Below are positions 59,387-64,000 of a stretch of 64,000 bases of DNA, in pieces. A program made the translations under genes and the position numbers. This stretch comes from an uncultured cyanobacterium (GTDB taxonomy: Bacteria > Cyanobacteriota > Cyanobacteriia > Cyanobacteriales > CAWCAG01), in assembly GCA_963793425.1 (NCBI GenBank), contig CAWCAG010000009.1, forward strand, positions 1,056,001 to 1,120,000, in the 5' to 3' direction. A model generated the notes under the pieces. The model was given only the letters and a program-made list of their open reading frames with translations. It had not been told where the DNA came from and ran no database searches. Within the stretch, counting starts at the first letter, position 1. Each line of letters begins with the position of its first letter.

Positions 59387-59962
59387 TTACTGGGAATTAA
59401 TTTCTAATAATCCATCGGGAGGATTAATTTCTAAGCGACCAGCTTTTAGATCAACCACCGGAACAATTTCTTTAACAAAAGGAATAAAGATTTTTCTTGG
59501 TACAGAAGGTGCAGCTTTTTTATCTAAAGCTTTTGTTTCTTCCTTAAGTTTAACTTCCAATAAATCGTTTCCTGCTGAAAAAATATCTACAACTTTACCA
59601 ATTACTTGGCTACTTTTTTGGTTGTAAACTTCTAAATCAACTAAGTCACGGACATGATACTCATCTTCGGCTAAATCCGGTAAGCTATCTTTGGTAACTA
59701 GCAATTTATAGCCTCGCAATGCTTCTGCGCGATCGCGTCCTTGAACTTCAGCTAATTGAATAACATAGAGTTTTTTTCCTGGTAAAAAGCGTCCTTTAAT
59801 AAGTTCTACTTTTTGAGGAGGATTGCCTTGAAGATCCCTTAACCAACGTTTCCCTGGCTCCTCAAAACGTTCGGGAAAATCAGAGGTGCTAAGAACTCGC
59901 ATTTCTCCTTTTAAGCCTTGAGGAGCAACAATTTTACCAATTTCTAACCATTCTTGTTTCAT
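59387..59962 (-). CDS. rimM: Ribosome maturation factor RimM
   Basis: IGKIVAPQGLKGE, EDEYHVRDLV, IPFVKEIVP. Confidence 0.96.
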   Translation of the reverse strand: MKQEWLEIGKIVAPQGLKGEMRVLSTSDFPERFEEPGKRWLRDLQGNPPQKVELIKGRFLPGKKLYVIQLAEVQGRDRAEALRGYKLLVTKDSLPDLAEDEYHVRDLVDLEVYNQKSSQVIGKVVDIFSAGNDLLEVKLKEETKALDKKAAPSVPRKIFIPFVKEIVPVVDLKAGRLEINPPDGLLEINSQ

Positions 59963-59977
59963 GATTAATATAGAATT

Positions 59978-60991
59978 TTAAAAAGCAGTTTGCAAAATAT
60001 TTTGGGAACCAGTTTGGTTATTGGTATGATCTGAAGTCTGCGAATAATCCCAGTTTTCAACAGTTTGTCGATAAAACCAAGAGTTGAGTTTTTCCTCTTC
60101 TACATAGCCTTTCAAAGCAGGATCAACCCAGATATGCAGTTTATGGGAACAACCTAACTCTAAAGCTGCACTTTCTAGATATTGCCATTGCCGAATAAAG
60201 CACTCTGCCCAAGATTTTCTAGTCATAATAGATTCAGCAAAATCAAGTCCTGCTGCTAACATCCTCTTCCCATTAGTACCCCTAGCATTTATAGGTTCCC
60301 AAAATATAATTTCTGGGTCAACTTCCATAATTTTCTCTAAATGTACTTTGAAATCGTCGTGCTTCATAGAAGGTGGAGTAGGGGCAACGGCAACATACAA
60401 GCGGCAACCAGCTTGATGACCTTGCAATAAGGCTTGGTAACGGGCAGTAGTTGGTGGTGCTTGTGGTTCAATCTTACGACTTAGTTCATCATCTAAATAA
60501 GGTAAACTCATGCCAATTGTGACATTAGGATGATTGAGTATATCGATATCTTTTACCCACAAGGGAGAACGAGTTAAAATCCTGACTCGCTTGTTGTATT
60601 TAATCAGAACTTCTACAACTTGACGAGTGATATTCGCAGTTGCTTGATTTTGATAAGGATCTGTTCCAGAACATAACAAGACTACGCCTTTTCCTGATGG
60701 TGTATCTTGCCAATATTTCTCTTTTTTAATAGCAAGAATTTTCTCTAGTTTTTCAGGTATTTCTTCACGAACAAATAGATACTTTCCCCATTCTAATTGG
60801 GGATTGTTTACACCTTTCTCTTTAAGCTTTTTCTGATTGGTTCTTATGACTGGGGTTGCTGGAACATAACAAAAGCTACAACCATGCAAACATCCGGTTG
60901 CTACGTTGATAACGTAATCGCATAGACCTTTTTTATTAAGGTTGCTTTTTTGCAGAGGATTAACTATTTCTTCAGTGCCTTGAATAATCAT
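59978..60991 (-). CDS. Radical SAM protein, spore-photoproduct-lyase-like clade
   Basis: GCLHGCSFCY (CxxxCxxC), GTDPYQ, ILTRSPL, IEP. Confidence 0.88.
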   Translation of the reverse strand: MIIQGTEEIVNPLQKSNLNKKGLCDYVINVATGCLHGCSFCYVPATPVIRTNQKKLKEKGVNNPQLEWGKYLFVREEIPEKLEKILAIKKEKYWQDTPSGKGVVLLCSGTDPYQNQATANITRQVVEVLIKYNKRVRILTRSPLWVKDIDILNHPNVTIGMSLPYLDDELSRKIEPQAPPTTARYQALLQGHQAGCRLYVAVAPTPPSMKHDDFKVHLEKIMEVDPEIIFWEPINARGTNGKRMLAAGLDFAESIMTRKSWAECFIRQWQYLESAALELGCSHKLHIWVDPALKGYVEEEKLNSWFYRQTVENWDYSQTSDHTNNQTGSQNILQTAF

Positions 60992-61167
60992 AAGATATTA
61001 CCTAAATAGTAAAAATAGTTAAATAACTTTTTATTGCTTATTTATAAAATTTATGAGCTTAATTTCTTTTGTTTGATCGTATTCAAAATTATATCATTGA
61101 TTACAAACAAGTACAAAAATCCATATAATAATTGTCAGAAGCTAATTAGATTAAATTAATACAAAAT

Positions 61168-62058
61168 ATGAGCAAGCAATCCTTTGGTGGAGACTGGACA
61201 GAAGAAAAGTTAGAAAGGATTCGTAAATATCTTTCTGCTTACACAACTATTATGAGAAAGCAGGGATATTTTAAATATGCTTACATAGATGCTTTCGCTG
61301 GAACAGGATATCGACAATTAAAAGACAAAAAAGAACAGGGTCAATTACTGCTTCCTGAACTTACTGAACAAGAACCACAACAATTGATGGATGGTTCAGT
61401 AAGAATTGCGCTTCAGGTAGAACCAAGGTTTGATAAATATATTTTTATTGAAAAAGATCCAGACAAGACTTCGGAGTTGGAAAAGCTAAAAGCAGAGTTT
61501 ACAGAAAAGAGCGAAGACATAATTATAGTGAATGAGGATGCTAATGCTTACCTACAAAACTTATGTGATACTAAAAATTGGCAGAAACATAGAGCAGTAC
61601 TATTTTTAGATCCATTTGGTATGCAAATACCTTGGTCAACAATTGAGTTGATTGCCAAAACAGAGGCGATTGACTTGTGGTATTTATTTCCTTTGGGAGT
61701 TGCGGTTAATCGTTTATTAAAAAGAGATGGAAATATCAAAAAGTCTTGGCGAAAGAGGCTCGATGAGCTTTTTGGTACTGATGATTGGTATGATGCTTTT
61801 TATGCACCGAAAGAGCAACTAAGTTTATTCGATTACAACTCTGAGCAAATTAACGAAGTTAAAAAGATATCAACCTATGAATCGATTAGTAAATATTTTG
61901 TCAAGCGATTAGAGAATATATTCCCAGGAGTAGCAGAAAATCCTCTTGTACTTCATAACTCTTGTAATACTCCTCTGTATTTACTATGTTTTGCCGCCGC
62001 TAATCCTAAAGGTGCAAAAACAGCAATAAGGATTGCCCAAGATATATTAAAAAAGTAA
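61168..62058 (+). CDS. tcmP: Three-Cys-motif partner protein TcmP (methyltransferase-like fold)
   Basis: FGGDWTEEKL, YIDAFAGTG, FIEKD, EDAN, FLDPFGMQ, LYLLCFAAAN. Confidence 0.88.
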   Translation: MSKQSFGGDWTEEKLERIRKYLSAYTTIMRKQGYFKYAYIDAFAGTGYRQLKDKKEQGQLLLPELTEQEPQQLMDGSVRIALQVEPRFDKYIFIEKDPDKTSELEKLKAEFTEKSEDIIIVNEDANAYLQNLCDTKNWQKHRAVLFLDPFGMQIPWSTIELIAKTEAIDLWYLFPLGVAVNRLLKRDGNIKKSWRKRLDELFGTDDWYDAFYAPKEQLSLFDYNSEQINEVKKISTYESISKYFVKRLENIFPGVAENPLVLHNSCNTPLYLLCFAAANPKGAKTAIRIAQDILKK

Positions 62059-62078
62059 TTATTTCTATTAATCAGCAG

Positions 62079-63230
62079 ATGATAATATTACTCCTAATCC
62101 TAATTAGCGGTTCCCTGTTTTTCTACTTAGCTTGTGCTTGGTTTACTTGGCGCTTCTTTGCCTCATCATCTCAAAACAATGTTAATTTTACTCCACCTGT
62201 AGCTATTGCTATATCTGTCTGTGGTTTGGAACCTGGTGCGTGGGAAAATTGGTCATCTTTTTGTCAACAAGATTATCCTGACTATCAAATCCTATTTGGC
62301 GTTACAGATCCTCAAGATCCGGCTCTACCTTTATTAGAAAAACTAGTAGCAACCTATCCTGAAAAAGTTAAACTTTTCTCTGGATTAGAACCAAAAGGAA
62401 TTAATCATAAAGATAGTAATCTCAACTATCTCCTGCAACAAACTGAACGAGAAATAATCATTTTTGCCGACAGTGATATTAGAGTTAATCCTTACTACAT
62501 CTCTACGATTATTAGTCCCTTAGCTGATACCCAAATTGGTATGGTAACTTGCGCTTTCATTGGCTACAATCCCCAGAGTTTGGGTGCTGGAATCGCCTCT
62601 TTTGGACGCTGTTGTGATTTTATTCCTAGCCTCCTAATTGCCCGCTTCCTTGATGGAGGGCTTAAGTGTGCCATCGGTACAACTATTGCTACTCGCAAAT
62701 CTGCCCTAGCTAAATATGGCGGCTTGCATCTCAACCGTATTGGTTCTGATTATAATTTGGGTAAACGAGCCGCAGAAGCTGGATATAGAGTAGAATTGTC
62801 TCCCTATATTTTGGAGTCTGATACTGGGGAAGAAGGGGTTAAACAGGTTTATCAAAGGGAATTACGCTGGGCAAGAACTATTCGCTTCAATCGCGGGCTA
62901 CAGTACTATACAATAGCGTTTTGCTACGGTACGGTTTACTGCCTTCCTTTACTCATTGTTTCTGGTTTCGCTAACTGGGCGATCGCAGTTACTTTAATAG
63001 CCTGGACTATACGCTATGCTCAAGTATTAGTGTCCATTTCAACGATCAAAGCCCCTAACTTAATAATTTGGCTTTGGGCATTACCTCTACGAGACTTACT
63101 TAGCTTTGTAATTTGGCTAATAGGTTGCTTCGGACAAGAAGTTTATTGGCGCGGCCGCAAATTAAGAATTGAAGGAGATGGCATCATCCAAGAATCTCTC
63201 CCCGCCCATGACCTTTCTCCACGATCTTAA
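62079..63230 (+). CDS. GT2 glycosyltransferase, ceramide glucosyltransferase/HpnI-like
   Basis: QDYPDY, GINHKDSNL, FADSDI, GSDY, RELRWARTI; TM helices. Confidence 0.85.
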   Translation: MIILLLILISGSLFFYLACAWFTWRFFASSSQNNVNFTPPVAIAISVCGLEPGAWENWSSFCQQDYPDYQILFGVTDPQDPALPLLEKLVATYPEKVKLFSGLEPKGINHKDSNLNYLLQQTEREIIIFADSDIRVNPYYISTIISPLADTQIGMVTCAFIGYNPQSLGAGIASFGRCCDFIPSLLIARFLDGGLKCAIGTTIATRKSALAKYGGLHLNRIGSDYNLGKRAAEAGYRVELSPYILESDTGEEGVKQVYQRELRWARTIRFNRGLQYYTIAFCYGTVYCLPLLIVSGFANWAIAVTLIAWTIRYAQVLVSISTIKAPNLIIWLWALPLRDLLSFVIWLIGCFGQEVYWRGRKLRIEGDGIIQESLPAHDLSPRS

Positions 63231-63426
63231 AGAAGTTATGGTCAATATTTTGCCGCAGATAATAATCAAAACCTAGCCCAATCATAAACAACCTATACAA
63301 AAGTTTCACAGGTACAATTCCTATCATCATTTCATTAGAAAATGCCATGTTTTTAGGAGCAAATTTAAAATCTTGTGAATTTGTTCGGTTAACCTAGAAA
63401 TAAGACACAATACACAATCAAGTTAT

Positions 63427-63846
63427 ATGAAAGCTTCAAAGCTGTGGTTGATTTTGGGGGGAGTTGCTTTTGGAGGTTTAGGGGTTGGTATGGCTTTGAC
63501 TAATCCTAGTCCAGAAGATTATCAAGAATTCGCCGTGGGGCAACTACAAGAGATCATGGAAGAAGAAGGGTGTGATAACTTGCCGAAGGAGTTAACAGGA
63601 GGAGTAGAGATTCCTGAAGGATTAGGTAATATCCTACAAAGCCAGTGTCCTAACCTTATTAAAAGGGCTAGCCCCATCCTGAAAAGGATTATTGGTAGCA
63701 GTACCCAAAGACAAAATTTTGTAGTTTTGAGTATTTATCGTACTGATTTTTCTCGTAATCCAGTTGCTGGTTATTTGCCTGCGGATCAATTTGCTATTTT
63801 GGCTGTGTTTAACCGTTTTTATATTTACCAAGCAGATAAAATCTAA
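63427..63846 (+). CDS. DUF4359-like protein
   Basis: TM followed by TNPSPEDY..TQRQNFVVLSIYRT. Confidence 0.75.
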   Translation: MKASKLWLILGGVAFGGLGVGMALTNPSPEDYQEFAVGQLQEIMEEEGCDNLPKELTGGVEIPEGLGNILQSQCPNLIKRASPILKRIIGSSTQRQNFVVLSIYRTDFSRNPVAGYLPADQFAILAVFNRFYIYQADKI

Positions 63847-63957
63847 CTGACAGATGTTGAATAGGTAATTTGTCTAGGTTCTCCCGGTGAGTTATTTTGG
63901 GTTTAGGGTGGCATTTATTCGTGTTTTTACAGAACTTAATTCTAGAACCGCAGACTA

Positions 63958-64000
63958 ATGTCATATTGTCTCAACCCTCAGTGTTTAAGCCCGGAAAACC
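63958..64000 (+). CDS. 5' end of a probable Ser/Thr kinase-type protein (4-Cys prefix), truncated by window edge
   Basis: MSYCLNPQCLSPEN, a typical cyanobacterial N-terminal Cys motif. Confidence 0.6.
   Translation, partial: MSYCLNPQCLSPEN

Noticed and set aside
60992..61167. LexA box controlling the radical-SAM/tcmP pair
   Set aside because: Only a half-site (AGTAC near 61110); no match to RGTACNNNDGTWCB
1..64000. CRISPR array, rRNA or tRNA genes
   Set aside because: No regularly spaced 25-40 bp repeats with unique spacers and no tRNA/rRNA signatures seen; the tandem repeats are 7-8-mers

Overview
Cyanobacterial chromosomal segment, indicated by abundant HIP1 octamers (GCGATCGC) and by PAM68, petP, plmA, labA, crtO, pilMNOQ and a Yfr2-like sRNA. 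The backbone is housekeeping: rbp, aroF, rpsO, argF, lexA, dusB, rsmI, secG, leuA, cobD, HU and rimM. Accessory parts: (i) a catalase-like/lipoxygenase fusion (1140-3518). (ii) A ~8 kb defence island between rbp and aroF, holding an NspV-like R-M pair, a PIN toxin-antitoxin pair and a nuclease-NACHT gene split in frame by a 91-bp TA-flanked MITE. The island is built around three paralogous small-ORF segments and two leftover copies of the aroF 3' end that break at HIP1. (iii) An uncharacterised operon of a small wHTH protein, a MinD-like ATPase and a large wHTH/Ig-like membrane protein (30711-34882). (iv) A NACHT-GUN4 gene missing its P-loop core. (v) A divergent radical-SAM/TcmP (methyltransferase-fold) pair wedged between rimM and a glycosyltransferase. 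Small mobile debris includes two MITE families, SDR-like 21-27 nt elements, a tnpB fragment and an orphan omega-RNA-like IS605 end. No rRNA, tRNA or CRISPR array was seen. All calls come from motif recognition by eye; no searches were run.
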